A DNA stretch of 64,000 nucleotides from Utricularia gibba (lineage: Eukaryota; Plantae; Magnoliophyta), in NCBI GenBank assembly GCA_002189035.1, contig CM007989.1, positions 434,001 to 498,000 of the forward strand, given 5' to 3'. Under the pieces are notes generated by a model, which had not been told where the DNA came from, did not search any database, and was given only the letters and a program-made list of their open reading frames with translations. Shown piece by piece: positions 51,401-64,000 of the stretch. Positions within the stretch are counted from its first letter, which is position 1. Each line of letters begins with the position of its first letter. Both the position numbers and the translations under genes were made by a program.

Positions 51401-54400
51401 TGTCAGATGACTTGAATAAAATATTACCTTCTCAGTGGCATAATTTTGATCCTTCATCCTCATCGCACACCTCCTCTTTTATGTGGAATCCCTCGGGCAT
51501 TAAGGAGAAGATTCTGAAGAGAAGGTGGGCAACCCGATTCAATGAGAAGGTTCTGATTCTCAAGTATAAGGTATTTCAGCATTTCTGGAAGGAAGGCCGA
51601 GTCATCTCTGTGAAGAAAATTAGAGGGAAGTTTCACAAGAAATTTGGTTTGAGTCAGAATACATGCAGCTCAAATCGCTCATCCAGTCATTCTAGACTTC
51701 TATATTCTGGTAAGCATGCTCATTGTTGGTTCTTGGTTTTTCTTTTTTTTTTCCCTCTTTCAAAATGATTGCACCAGCTCCTGCCTTTTTTTGTTTCTAC
51801 TTGAAGGCCATGCCTTTCTTGACTGCCATTTTTTTTCTTGTGGTTATGATGTTTGATTGTTATGTTGTATTTCATTTGCATACATAACAAGAAATAGACA
51901 GCGGGTAGGCTTTAAAGATTCTTGTGATACTAATGGTGCAACATTCTTCCGGAAAAAATTATTATGGTGTAATGAGAAATACTGTTATCTATACGTTTCT
52001 AGGACAAGAAGTTGGAATACTGTTATCTATACCTTTTAAGATCATTTCTTACGGCATTTTCCTTGTTAGCTAGTTGATTTCTACATTTACTGCTGATCAG
52101 GGATCTTTCCTGAGATAAAGTATCTTAATTAAGTAGCATGTAAATGATTGAATGGTTAAATGTGTCCATTGTCCTGTTTGGCAAGTTGGTCTACTCTAAT
52201 AAAATATGGGCGACGTTGTAAAAAGCAGGAGTTAATAGTAGGTTTTTAGAAGATGTCAAACTCAAATGAATTCAATGTGTATTTTATCTTTGACTTCGTA
52301 TGACTTTTGATGAATTGGTGTGAGACTATTTGAATAGAGAATTACATTTATTTTCACGTGAATTGCACTTCAAAGTTTATACGGTCACGCATTATCTCAG
52401 GATGATTGCTTCTTTTTGCCATTGGGCACTACATGAGTGAATCACTTTTCCTTTTCTCTTTTGCATGCTATAATGTCAACGCAAATTCCAATAGAATCCA
52501 GAATCTTCTTAAAGCTGGGAATTGTTCCATCCATCTTTTTGTGATTTACACATTGACGTTTAAGATCTACTTGTATTGCAGCTGGGAGCCTTATAACAGT
52601 GCCTGCTGAAGAAATAGTTGATTTGGTCAATAATTTGCTCTCAAATTTTCCATTCAAACCATGTAGGAGTACTCTCAAAATGCCATCATTAATTCTTGAC
52701 AGTCAAACAAAGAAGTCACAGTTCGTTTCAAACAATGGCCTCGTGGATGATCCTGCTGCTGTTGAAAACGAAAGGTCTATTATTAACCCATGGACTTTCG
52801 AAGAGCAGGAAGTTTTCATTGACAAGCTTGCTGCATTTGGCAAAGACTTTCGGAAAATTGCTTCTTTTCTGGATCACAAAACAATAGCTGACTGCATTGA
52901 TTTCTATTACAAGAACCACAAGTCTGAATGCTTTTCAAGAGCTAAGAGAAAATCTGATTGCGCCAAAAAGAAGTCTCACTCCAGCACATACCTGGTGGGA
53001 GCCGGGAAAAGATTGTATCGGGATTCGAATGCTGTCTCTCTCAGTATACTGGGTGAAGCAGCAAACGCCAGTAGTTACATTGAGATGCAGCCTAAATACA
53101 AATCTCGAACGCCCCTGGGTTCTTCTAGATACCAGAACTCTCCAAGGGGTGAGGAAAGCACATCACAGTTACCGGACAATGTGGATTTCTATAGCAATGA
53201 AACTGCAGCTGTTGATGTATTGGCAGGCATATGTGGTTCCTTATCATCCGAGGCTATGAGTTCTTGCATCACGAGTTCCATTGATCCTGTTGATGGAAAC
53301 CAAGATCGGAAAATACAGAGGCAAAATTTGTGCATAAAACGCCCTCTTACCCCTGATGTTACACAGTGTGTTGATGAGTGCTCAGAAGAGAGCTGTGAAG
53401 AGATTGATTCTACCGACTGGACTGATGAGGAGAAGTCCATGTTTATTCAGGCTGTTTCATTGTATGGCAAAGATTTCTTGATGATATCACGTTTTATGAG
53501 AACAAGATCCAGAGACCAGTGCAGAATTTTTTTCAGCAAGGCTCGTAAGTGTCTGGGGTTAGATCTTATTCAGCCTCCTGCACCCTATGTCTCATCTGAT
53601 AATATAGGTGTTGGTGGTGGTGATACTGAAGGGGCCTCTGTCATGGGGACCAGCTCATCTTTTTGCAATATTGTCTCTGGGGAACCTTTTGATGGCAAGC
53701 CCGTGAAAGAAAATAAAGTTTCTAATGGACATGAACCCAGTGCTGAAGTTCAAACCATGTTTGTGTCATCTGAAGTTGGATCCAGGCCCGTTTATAAGCA
53801 AGACAATGCTTTCTTTGCTACAAGCAATAAAATCACATTAAAGGATTCTAATTTGAATCATTCCATGGATAAAAATGGATCGTGCACTTCAGCTGAAGAG
53901 TTTAAGGACAATGATACTGAGAAAACAGGTATTATGTCATTTAATGTTCCTATTTTTAGCTTCACAAGTGATAGAATGATGACTGAGCGCCACCTACCAT
54001 ATACTGATCCATGTCCTGTTGATGCAGATTCTTGTATGCTTAATAAACGTGATGGGACGGCCGATGAGATTGTTAACGTTTGTGATGGAATTACATCTTG
54101 TATGTTGTCATTGCAAAAGGATGATGCTTCGGAATCCATGGTTTCGACATCGATGTTGTTCCCAGTTCCAATCAAGTACCAAAGGAATTCGTTTAGTGGT
54201 GTGATCGCCAAAACGTTTGTTCAAGTGGTGTTGATGCTGTGCATTCTCAGAGGGTCTTGCAGACTACAGAGTGCCTGTCTTGTCACTCGTTTTCTTCCCA
54301 GTCAAATCCTTCTGAATCTACCCATATCCCAAAAGGGTACCCTGTTTCAGTGACAACCTGTGAAGGAATAACCTGGGACGGTGATAACAAAACACGGATC

Positions 54401-55102
54401 ACACGTGATTGCGGATCTAAACAGATCAAAGAAGTACCATCAGATCAACATGAAGTTTCCTCCCAACAGGAATGTGATCATGCAAGCCATCAGAATGATA
54501 CAGTTCCTCAGTGGATTCATTCACCGGGACAAAATGGCACACACTCTAGATGTCAGTCAAGTGTTTCAGTAGAGGATAAATCGCCCAGGAATGGTGATGT
54601 GAAGCTGTTTGGAAAAGTTTTGGTAGCCCTTGAATCAAAATCTAGCCCTGTAGAGAGTGATGATCATGGGAAATGCCATAAACAGGAGTCTTTGAAACTG
54701 AACTCCGAGACAGGGACCGGGTTTCCCCATATGCCCGATTCCAGATCTACTGCAGAATTGCACCAGATATCGACACAAACAGCTGTGCAGAGCAATGAAT
54801 ACCTTCCAAATGGTGCTTCTGTCTTCTCAGGAAAAGCGCTAAGCAGATGTCATGGATCACCGGGGGCCAGTGTGTTACAGGCGCAAGATGTACTGTGGAC
54901 AGGAAACCGGGCGCATTTTAACTCAAGAGATGCCTCCACCGGCTCAAGAGTTGTCGTTGGAGGTCAGTGTTCCAGTGTTTCAGACCCCATATCTGTGATC
55001 AAAAAGCACCACTATTCAAAAGGTCAAAGTGTTAGTGTTCAAGGAGGAAACATAGTTGGTGATGAGGATGCATGGAGAATGAACGGGGATGTGGCTCGGT
55101 AG
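48455..55102 (+). CDS. PWR: POWERDRESS / NCoR-like double SANT-domain protein, multi-exon; probable frameshift ~54170-54300
   Basis: MPPEQLPWDRRDFRKHER, RKKPRLGWGEGLAKYERKKV, SANT1 NPWTFEEQEVFIDKLAAFGKDF, SANT2 DWTDEEKSMFIQAVSLYGKDF, GDVKLFGKVL. Confidence 0.88.
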
Positions 55103-55502
55103 CAGATCCCCTTATTGCTTTCTGTTGTATCATATTTTTTTTGTTTTGTCTTTGATTTACCTAGTTTATAGAGCATTCGGTAGTCTATGATCCACTCCTT
55201 TCTGTGTAGAGGTAGAAAAACTATCGATCCTGTAATGTATCAAAAAGCCCCTGTCTCTTGTTGTTTTGTGGAGATACAGCTGAATAATTTCTAGGATTTG
55301 TTGAAGAAGGAAACTCCTTTCCTTTAGCATCCTTGCCAAGTAGAGTTGAGCAGTATTTAAATAATAGCTTTGGGTTCAACTCGGTCTAGGTATTCATGCT
55401 TCTAAAGTTTCATAATGCGGCTTTATATCGAATGCTTCACTGCCAAGTTGGTGAGTGGACTGCACTCCAGGGCGAGGATCCACCCCTCTTGAACAACAGC
55501 AT

Positions 55503-56896
55503 TCACTCCTGGGATCTCCGGTACTCAGGCTTGAGCTCATATGTTCCTTGGTTGGCTCCTTTGTTGTTATACACACAGAGGAGCTTAAGCATGTCCTTCA
55601 GAAATTGCTGCACACAAACACAGTATTATCACACCAGAAGCAAAGATAATGGATGCTCTCCGGCACACCTCTGGCTGGTCTGTCTCCTGAACCAGTTTCT
55701 TAAGTGTCCAGTTGGGCTGCTTCTCGAACAGCTTAAACATGATCTTTTCCATTTCTGCAGGATCTCTTCTGGTTCTTTTAGTCTCTGATGCCTTCATGCC
55801 TACTTTCTTCTTCTCCTGCAGGCATCCCTATCCCATTAAAAATGACTGACAAACCTCTGTTGCATTAATTGGTTGTTATCTCAACATGGTGAGTACCGCA
55901 GAGCCGGAAGCTTTGACATCAAACATCCCAGGCAGAGCCGTCATCCGCATTCCGCTATCATTATCAATTATCTGATTGGGTTCATCAGCACACAAATACC
56001 AGCCATGAGTGCCACCTGCCTTTCTACTAAAAACGTCAAATAGATAGATGAGTGTCATGTGTACCTGTATTTGCCTGGTTCTTGTCATGTATTTATTCGT
56101 CCTCTCACGGCACAGCTTCGCATAGTCTTCACAGTTTTCATCAAGCGGTTTCACGTCGAACTTGTGGTATATTTTCCCCTCCACAGTAGACTTCCCTGGA
56201 TAATTAATCACAGCAAGAAATCAATGAAGCCATGGCTGCACACCATCTGTGCATTCATTGCTAGATGATAAGGATATACGTATACATGCCACTAAAACTT
56301 CATCCAACGCCTATCTCTGAGCAGTGCAAATGCATCACCTAAAACCAAGAAAATGCAGCAGCGGTGAACACAGGATTCACCTTGAGATGACTCTGAGAAC
56401 ACAGACATGGGAACTAAATCTGTGGACATGTCCATTGCGTAGCATTGGGTATGTTCGTCTCCACCGCACCTGATAACTCCATCTTGAACTGATCACCAGG
56501 GATTGAATTAGAAAGCTAATCCCCATGGCAAATATTACAATCAAGAAGAGATCGCGTTTCTTGAATAAAAGCATAACGTGCGGGTTCACAGAAAGCGTCA
56601 CATCTCTTCTCGGCCGCCAAATCCACACCCAAAAAAAAAAAAAAAAAAAAAAAATTCAATCAAGAAAGGGCACCTGGGTCGAGGAGCAATCATCGGCGGG
56701 AATCAACGGGTCCACTGCGACGACAACCTTGGCGATGCTCGTACCACATGGGGGCGAGAACGGCGATGTGGGGTGGTTGCTGGATCTGCATGGCGTGGGT
56801 CACGAGAGGCGGGCATTTCATCAGCCACACATGCCGCTCGGCCTTGCTGGTATCCAGGAAACAATCGCTAAACCCCCTGTTGGATCCCTCCGCCAT
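55503..56896 (-). CDS. RAP30: Transcription initiation factor IIF beta subunit (RAP30), multi-exon; apparent frameshift ~56775
   Basis: LDTSKAERHVWLMKCP, IAKVVVAVDPL, VEGKIYHKFDVKP, MEKIMFKLFEKQPNWTLKKLVQETDQP, GTYELKPEY. Confidence 0.92.
56631..56654. repeat. Poly(A)24 run (poly-T on the TFIIF-beta sense strand, intronic)
   Basis: Directly visible. Confidence 0.9.
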
Positions 56897-57952
56897 AACT
56901 GCCGCTGCGCGAATGACGGTATATATAATAGTGGTCCAGCAATACGTAGATTTTAGACCTACCTAAAAACAACCCGTGGATTCCACCAACATTGCCCAAA
57001 ATGCACTATTTACCACCTCCTCCTCCTCGCCAAGTCAAACATTGGAGATCGAGATCTAGGGTAGGCTCCACGATTCGTCAGACAGAAAGTGACTGGGGCG
57101 CCATGGCCATGCTTCACAACTCACGATAGAATTCTGTTGGATTTGGGTGGATCCAAACCCTAAATGTTGCAGTACTTTTCTTCATATCGCATCAGTGAAA
57201 CAACACCAGAGCATTAATAAGATGGTTGAGAATCTTAAGATGCATTGGAAGCCTTCCCTTTCTGGGAGCCCTGCATTGGGTCTCATTGCATAGTGGTGCG
57301 TGCAACTTGCCAGTGGCGAACTGCGTCGGATCTCCACCACTTGGAGGGTGTGGTCGGCAATGCTGTAATGGTGCAACATGTCACTGTCCTCCCTGTCTTT
57401 TTCTATTAAACTTAAACGCAGAGAGGAGAAGAGGAGAGAGTAAATCCTAGCCCATGCTGCCCAGACCTGGAAGCTGATTGGGCGCGCAGCAGAGAGATGT
57501 TGAATGTGGGGGAATTGGGGTTGACGTGTCACCTTCTTCCGTACCGCCATTGATGGTGCTCCGGGCCAACACCATGACCCACACTCCTTCAACCTGCAAG
57601 ACAACTTTCACCTCCCGCCGGAGCACCACTTCTTCTGCAGTAGATCGGCAAACAGACCACCACCATTCTATAACGTGGAACTCCCCTTTTCTTTGTTTTT
57701 ACGGTGGTAATTTGATTGCCAGAGATTGTTTCACTTTACGACCAAATTGTGTAGCAAACAAGTGTTGATGAAGAGAGGGGGGCCACCACGTGTGCGCCAT
57801 TCTCTTCTCCCCTCACTCCATTCCAATTCTCTCTTACTTCTTGCTGGTATTACTCACACACACGCCAATCTCCTCCACCCCTGCTCACTACCGTTCTCCT
57901 TGTAATCGCATCCCTCTCCCCAACACAAAGAAAGCTTCGGTTCAGGCTCAGC

Positions 57953-58426
57953 ATGGATTCGCCTTCAGCCGGGGAGGGAGCGCCGACCAGCCGATACGAG
58001 TCCCAGAAGCGCCGAGACTGGCATACTTTCCAGCAGTACCTGAGGAGCCACGAGCCCCCCCTGACGGTGGAGAGCTTCAGCGGCGAGCACGTGATCGAGT
58101 TTCTCAAGTACCTGGATCAGTTCGGGAAGACGAAGGTGCACGTCTCTGGATGCCCTTATTTCGGCGATCCCAATCCACCGGCCGCTTGCCCCTGCCCTTT
58201 GAAGCAAGCTTGGGGCAGCCTGGATGCGCTCATCGGTCGACTCCGCGCCGCCTACGACGAAAACGGCGGCGCCCAAGAGGACAATCCCTTCGGAGATAAA
58301 TCCGTGAGGGGGTATCTCAAAGAGTTGCGCCAATCACAAGCCGAGGCACGCGGCGTCCCCTACGATAAGAAGAAGCGGAAAAGAGCGGCACCAGGCGGCG
58401 TCGGCAGCAGCTCCAGCGCCGGCTGA
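57953..58426 (+). CDS. LSH: ALOG/LSH (LIGHT-DEPENDENT SHORT HYPOCOTYLS) family protein
   Basis: [68 protein letters not shown]. Confidence 0.96.
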   Translation: MDSPSAGEGAPTSRYESQKRRDWHTFQQYLRSHEPPLTVESFSGEHVIEFLKYLDQFGKTKVHVSGCPYFGDPNPPAACPCPLKQAWGSLDALIGRLRAAYDENGGAQEDNPFGDKSVRGYLKELRQSQAEARGVPYDKKKRKRAAPGGVGSSSSAG

Positions 58427-58690
58427 AGATTATGTGCAACACTTTACGCTACACCTGGATGACTCAGTACGAAAAGGGAAGGCGTACGCGTGGGTGGACG
58501 AGGTCATTTTGTATGCAGAAACAAGGGATGTTCTCTGTAGCTGCCTCGTGACTTTTTTTTGAGTTCCATCTTCTGCATTGAGATTCTTCCATTTTCAAAC
58601 CAGCAGCACCGTGGGCCCTTCCTGTTGGATCTTGTTCCTCGTGTGGTTAATCAGGCTAAGACACATTTATTTTAGCAACTCTCATCACCG

Positions 58691-58761
58691 GCACCAGTGG
58701 TCTAGTGGTAGAATAGTACCCTGCCACGGTACAGACCCGGGTTCGATTCCCGGCTGGTGCA
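58691..58761 (+). tRNA. trnG-GCC: tRNA-Gly (GCC)
   Basis: GCACCAG/CTGGTGC acceptor stem, TGGTCTAGTGG A-box, anticodon arm GTACC-CTGCCAC-GGTAC, GGTTCGATTCC B-box, T5 terminator 6 nt downstream. Confidence 0.98.
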
Positions 58762-58973
58762 CATCCTTTTTCAATTCTGGCCCCAAAACTCTTGCGTAAT
58801 TGCAACACACACCCTTCCAATGATTTTGGTGGTGTCCACTGTCCACATGAGCTTCTCAAAAACCGAAAACGAAGATGAACAAACCATAATTAGCAGAAGC
58901 CACGGAGAACCAGGAAATGGAACTTGTGTGTTTCGGGTTCTCCTTTTGATGCTCGCATGCGTTTGTTTCTTCG

Positions 58974-61426
58974 ATGGACAATGTCGATCTCCCCCAGTAC
59001 GCGGAGTTGATCAAGAAAGGCCTCGTCATTTGTCGCCGGAAACGAAAAGCTCATCCTTTCGGCGTATTCTACGGGCAAAATCCGTTGGATTACGGCTTCC
59101 CCCTAATCTTAATCCTTGCCTCGACCAAGATCGTTCTTACCCGCATTGTCCGTTTTTTAATCAAGCCCCTGCGCCAACCCACCATCGTTTCCGATGTCCT
59201 TGTAAGTACCCATTTTCTTGAAATGCTCTTAGGTTCCGTTGATTTTGGTCGTAATGATGATGGGTTTTTGTGTGCGTAGGCTGGCATCATCATTGGTCCT
59301 CGGTGATGGGTCGAAACAGTAAATTCTTTACATACGTTTACAGGGACAACGCCTATTATGTGATTAGGAACATAGCGCTGTTGGGATTCATGTACTTTCT
59401 GTTTTTAGCTGGAGTGAAAATGGATTTGGGGATCATAAAGAAGGCGAGGAGAAAGCACTGGTGCATTGCATCAGTTGCAATTTTTTTCCCACTGGGGTGT
59501 GCTATGTTGGTGGGATATCTAGAAAGATCAAACTGTACCCACTCACTGGCTCAGCCTGCTTCTTTATGGGGAATAAGTGCAATTTTCTCTTCTACAACCT
59601 TTCCAGTTCTGTATCCAATAGTCAGAGAGCTCAATCTTTTGAGCTCCGGGATCGGGCGTATGGCGTTGTATACAACACTGGCTGAGGATTTTATAATGGG
59701 AACAACTGTGTTTCTCATTTTTCAGATTCTGGGACAGTTGAAACACCATCCTATCAATATTCTGTGGTATGTTATTTCATTTGTTGTCATTGCAACAATC
59801 ATGTCAGGCGTTAGATATCTAATGAAGTGGATTGTGCGTTTCACTCCAGAAGGAGAGCCGGTGGCTCAAATCTATGTCATTGCGATATTGCTAAGTGTCC
59901 TGGTTGCAGGGCTAGTCACAGACACCTTTGGCCTTTCCGTTGCAATTGGACCACTGTGGCTAGGTTTGGCTGTTCCTTCTGGACCTCCTCTGGGAGCCAT
60001 CTTGGTAGAGAAGAGCGAGACTATTCTCAAGCACATTCTCATGCCCTTCTGCTTCATCTACATAGGTGTAACATTTGATCTCTATTCACTGAGCAACCAC
60101 TGGCCCCATCTAAAGCCAATCTTATTGATGATCATGGGTAGTTATATAGTCAAGATTGCTTCCATTGCCGTTTCTTCTCGCTTTTTATCCTTGACAGTCA
60201 GAGATAGCCTCACACTCTCCCTGATAATGACTTTGAAGGGTGAGGTGGAGTTTCTATGGTTACTTCACTTCTGGGAGATGAAGATTGTAGGCATACCAGA
60301 ATACACATTCCTGGTGCTTTTAGCCACATCTATGACAGCCTTGTCCACACCACTTATCTGCATGCTCTATGATCCCACAAGGCCCTACATGGTGAATAAG
60401 AGGAGGAATATTCAGCACACTCCACCCAATACTGAACTCCAAATAGTGGCTTGTATTCATGGGGAGGATACTCTCTCTGGTGTCATGAAGTTGCTCGAGG
60501 TATCGAATCCCACACTCAGTAGCCCTTTATCGGTCTCCGCTCTTTGCTTGGTGGAGCTGGTGGGTCGCTCCAATCCAGACCTCATAGACCATGAGATTGA
60601 GCAGACAGCCTCTGTCCGCATCCACAATGCTCTGAAAATGTTCGAGGAGTCGAGAAGCGAGTGTATGAAGATACATTCCTACACAACCATCACTTCCAAG
60701 CAGAGCATGTATCAAGACATCTGCGAGCTAGCATTCTCCAAGAAAGCTTGCCTGATCATCCTCCCCTTAAAGCTTGACAGCATAAAGGGAACGAGAGGTT
60801 CAAACCAAGGTGCCCACTCAGTGAACTCGTATGTTCTTAAGCATGCACCTTGCTCGGTTGCCATTCTTGTTGACAGGAGCCCATATCAGAATCTTGTCAA
60901 CGGTATTCTCAGAAGCTCCATACATCGCCTGGCACTTCTCTTCCTAGGAGGAGCCGATGCAAGAGAGGCGTTGATGTATGCGGACCGGATGGCAGAAAAC
61001 CCGTCTGTATCACTAACGGTAGTAAGATTTCTGTCACAAGACAGCCTTGGAGATGACGAAATGGAAAAGAAACTGGACGACGGGTTGGTAACACGGTTCT
61101 GGGTGAAAAGCGAGAGAAATCGCCGCATCGCATATCGCGAGGCCGTGGTGAGGAATGGACAGGAGACAATGGCAGCCATAAGAGAAATGAACAACGAGTC
61201 TCATGATCTATGGATCGTGGGAAGAACACATGGGATCAATCCTGTTTTGCTGAGAGGATTAACCAACTGGAGTGAAACCAATGAACTGGGAGTCATCGGT
61301 GACTTCGTCGCATCCGCAGATTTCGACACAAACGCCTCAGTTTTGTCCGTGCAGCAGCAGATACTCAGAGGCCAAGAGAAGTCTAGCCTTTTCAGGGTGT
61401 TCACCTCCCGCGCATGGCTGCGGTAA
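58974..61426 (+). CDS. CHX: Cation/H+ antiporter (CPA2, CHX family); one intron ~59202-59280; apparent 1 bp frameshift ~59298
   Basis: GVFYGQNPLDY, KPLRQPTIVSDVL|AGIIIGP, many TM segments, LAVPSGPPLG, LELVGRS, LGGADAREAL, NELGVIGDFVAS. Confidence 0.92.
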
Positions 61427-62218
61427 GAAGCCAGCCAAGTCCCCCAGTCTTCCCTTCATCTGTACATCAAACGCCATTACTCGGAGGATTCATTTCTCTC
61501 TCTGTTTCATCAAGGCAAGCCCGTAGGCATCGTCTTGTCGGGGCAAGAAATGAGTAATATTCTAACAATTATTGCGGCCCTTAGGCTTCTAGAAGAGCAA
61601 TTTACAGTTACAGACATGCCCCCCACTACGCACTGCATGTCCCTACCCCCTCGATGCTGCAATAATTACCATAATGTCCTCCAGGCCCACGCCACCATCC
61701 CTAGATGCCCGTTCCGTACCACCCGCGTGATAAAAAAAAAATACAACATTTTTTAATAATAATTTGAAAGTTTTCCCGCACATGTTGGCATATGTGATTA
61801 AATAAATATTCATTTGCGTGACGTATGCATTAATATATTTAAAAACTAATATTGTATCAATATTATTTTTTTAATAATATAATAAAAAATTCCTTACTAT
61901 CTTCTTTTCCTGTATCGGCTCACGTGATAAAAAAAACACGTGGTCATTTATAATAATAATAATACTACTATAATGAATAACATATACGTATTTTTTAAAA
62001 TTAAAATTTTGAAACAAAATCGACAAGTTCACCATTTTTTGATCGGTAAATTTTTTTTTATATAGTTAATAAAATTTAACTATTTGATGATTTCATGTCA
62101 TAAGGTATTTGATTGGATTTTTCTAACCATAAAATCAAACATGACAAACCATTGAGCCGTACGAATGGGCTCGAAATTGAATAAGGGTCATGGAACACTA
62201 CATTCCGATCATCATGAA

Positions 62219-63532
62219 TCAGGTGTCTTCCGGCGGGAATAGAACGGGAACGAGGAGCCTGGTTAGCTGCTGGGTGACGATCCGGTAAACGGGCTCCGTG
62301 GGGTGTATGCTGTCGAAGAACATGTACTGGTTAGGGTTCCCACACGGGGCTCAGCTCCGTACAGAGCGGGCCGGCTTCCACCACACCGGAGCCGCAGCAA
62401 CCTTTACCTGTTTCCAGGAATCCTGCATCACGAATTTGGGTGTTTTATTTGGGAAAGACAAGGATGAGGGCGATTTGGGAATGATGATAGGCTTGTGGTT
62501 GTTACCGTAATGATGTGGGTTGTGGACCATGTCGAGGAGGGTGGTGAAGATGTCAGCGTACACGATTTTACTTCCCGGGAGCTGGGTTTCGATCTGAGGG
62601 AGAAGCCTTTGGAGTTTCATGTTGTAAGACTGAGCATCTACGTTTTGCCGGTGGATGCATTGGCGGAGAAGCGGCGACCTCGCTGTCATTTGTATCGGTA
62701 GACATCCCAGCGGCGGCAGCCCGGCCACCACGATTTTGCGACCGCCCAGTTGGTACAGCTCCTGTCACTCAAATGTCAGTAGGTTCCGGCCATCCAAAAG
62801 GAACTTCCAGGAAGGTTCAGAGCTTATATGACCTCAAGGAAGGTTTGGAGCTTATTTAGCAGCAAGTCTTGGTACTTGTCAATGGTGTACTCTACGCGTC
62901 TCCTGGGGATATCGTAGAAGTTGAGAACGAAGTCATTGGTGCCGGCGCTAATGATCAGCGGCGACCGGTTGAGAATTTCGGAGGCCTCGCCCTCCCCAAC
63001 GATCCCTCGAGCCTGCGAATGTATGCTCGGAAGTACTCAAGTTGACCGGAGAAGGGGATACCCAGAGAAATGGTTGTCGTCATCTCATCATACCTTTACA
63101 TAAAAAATAAACAGTTGTACTTAAGGCAGTACTTTCACATTTAAAAAGACAGAAGAGTGCGACGGGTACCCTGATCCGGCGGAAGCAAAGCTGACTCCGG
63201 TGAGAAGATCCTCCTCGGAAAGATAAGGATCAAGGAAGGGGGGAACGGTTTCCTTGAGACGAAACATGGAAGCCAGGAAGTCTGGAATGAGCTTGCCGTC
63301 GGTTAAGCGGCCGGTGGGGATGCTGCCTTGGAAGTTGAGGCCGTACGGGGGATGATTGCCTCTGAAGAGTGTGGTTATGAAGTTGTTGTTACCAGGATCC
63401 ACGGTGGAGTCTCCGAAGACGTAAGATCGCCGGAAACAGCGTCTCGTTCCCCCTTCTAGAATCCACCAGAGGGAACCAGAGGCAAAAGAAGAAGACGAAG
63501 AAGCCGCAGAAGGTGGCGGTAGAAGCAGCCAT
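62219..63532 (-). CDS. GDSL esterase/lipase, 5 exons, apparent frameshifts ~63423 and ~62345
   Basis: Signal peptide, (Y)VFGDSTVDPGNNN, PPYGLNF, TGRLTDGKLIPDF, GVSFASAGSG, GLPPLGCLP, MFFDSIHPTE. Confidence 0.9.
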
Positions 63533-63741
63533 GGGCGTTTTGCCTGGTTTCGCGCGTGTGAGCCGAGAATATGCAGAAGAAGAGTTGTAGTGCAACCGTC
63601 GCGGTGGCCGGCATTTAATTCGGAGCATTATGAAGGTGACCCCATAGGCCCCAGTTCACGTCTTCTGCGACCGTGACTGAGAGCACCTTCCACCTTCCAC
63701 CTTCACCCACATCCACTTTCACCTCACTAAACTCCCACTGG

Positions 63742-63755
63742 CCTAAACCCTAAAC
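63742..63755. promoter_or_regulatory. Telo-box / interstitial telomere motif
   Basis: cctaaaccctaaac lies upstream of the GDSL gene. Confidence 0.4.
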
Positions 63756-64000
63756 CAACCCTGCATCTCCCCATCCGTTTCGACGTCAATTTTATTTTTA
63801 TCGAACTCTGTCGAACAAATGAAAACGAACACCTATGTTTTGTATTCATTTATTTGATTTTATCGAACTAAAAAATTAATAAATTCTTAACCTCATGTCC
63901 ACCCAATGGCAGAGGAGCGATATGCCACATAAATTTTGGAATGTATTTACATAAAACGATACAAAATCTAATGTTGAAAATAATAATATCTTACAGTAAA

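Noticed and set aside
57545-57585. gatggtgctccgggccaacaccatgaccca resembling a PSY peptide motif (DY...GAN..HDP)
   Set aside because: It lacks the essential Tyr, needs two frameshifts and has no upstream signal peptide.
58762-58900. tRNA-Gly-snoR43 dicistronic (tsnoRNA) arrangement known in Arabidopsis
   Set aside because: A T5 terminator follows the tRNA by 6 nt, and no C/D box pair is evident behind it.
1-64000. CRISPR arrays, rRNA, snRNA, intact transposase/RT ORFs, and the many short antisense ORFs in the track
   Set aside because: No such signatures are seen. The antisense/overlapping ORFs are shadows of the annotated exons or low-complexity sequence.

Overview
This is a very gene-dense plant (eudicot) nuclear window, about one gene per 2.5 kb, with mostly 70-100 bp introns. 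That is consistent with a miniaturised genome such as Lentibulariaceae, but the species cannot be fixed from the sequence. I can support about 24 protein-coding loci: ataxin-10 homolog, TRM/DUF4378, ABI3, a LAZY-like CCL-motif protein, SDI1-like TPR, VAMP72, CLE41/44 (TDIF), fibrillin FBN10, a chloroplast membrane protein, RH41, PRL1-interacting-factor-A-like, FAD2, GH127-like, GNAT7-like, ureidoglycolate lyase-like, TON1, PBL7-like kinase, PGP synthase, POWERDRESS-like, TFIIF-beta, LSH/ALOG, CHX and a GDSL lipase. There is also one decayed LTA4H aminopeptidase pseudogene and one tRNA-Gly(GCC). About ten otherwise intact genes carry 1-2 bp frameshifts, mostly in homopolymer runs, which points to unpolished long-read consensus error. 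The top hypothesis is that the gene at 23994-25464 reproduces the motif order of metazoan HEXIM, the 7SK-dependent P-TEFb inhibitor. Other highlights are a tandemly triplicated intron/acceptor unit in GNAT7, a genuinely decayed LTA4H, a compact LAZY-type CCL protein, and a tRNA-Gly just downstream of LSH. All family calls come from recalled motifs; no database search was run.
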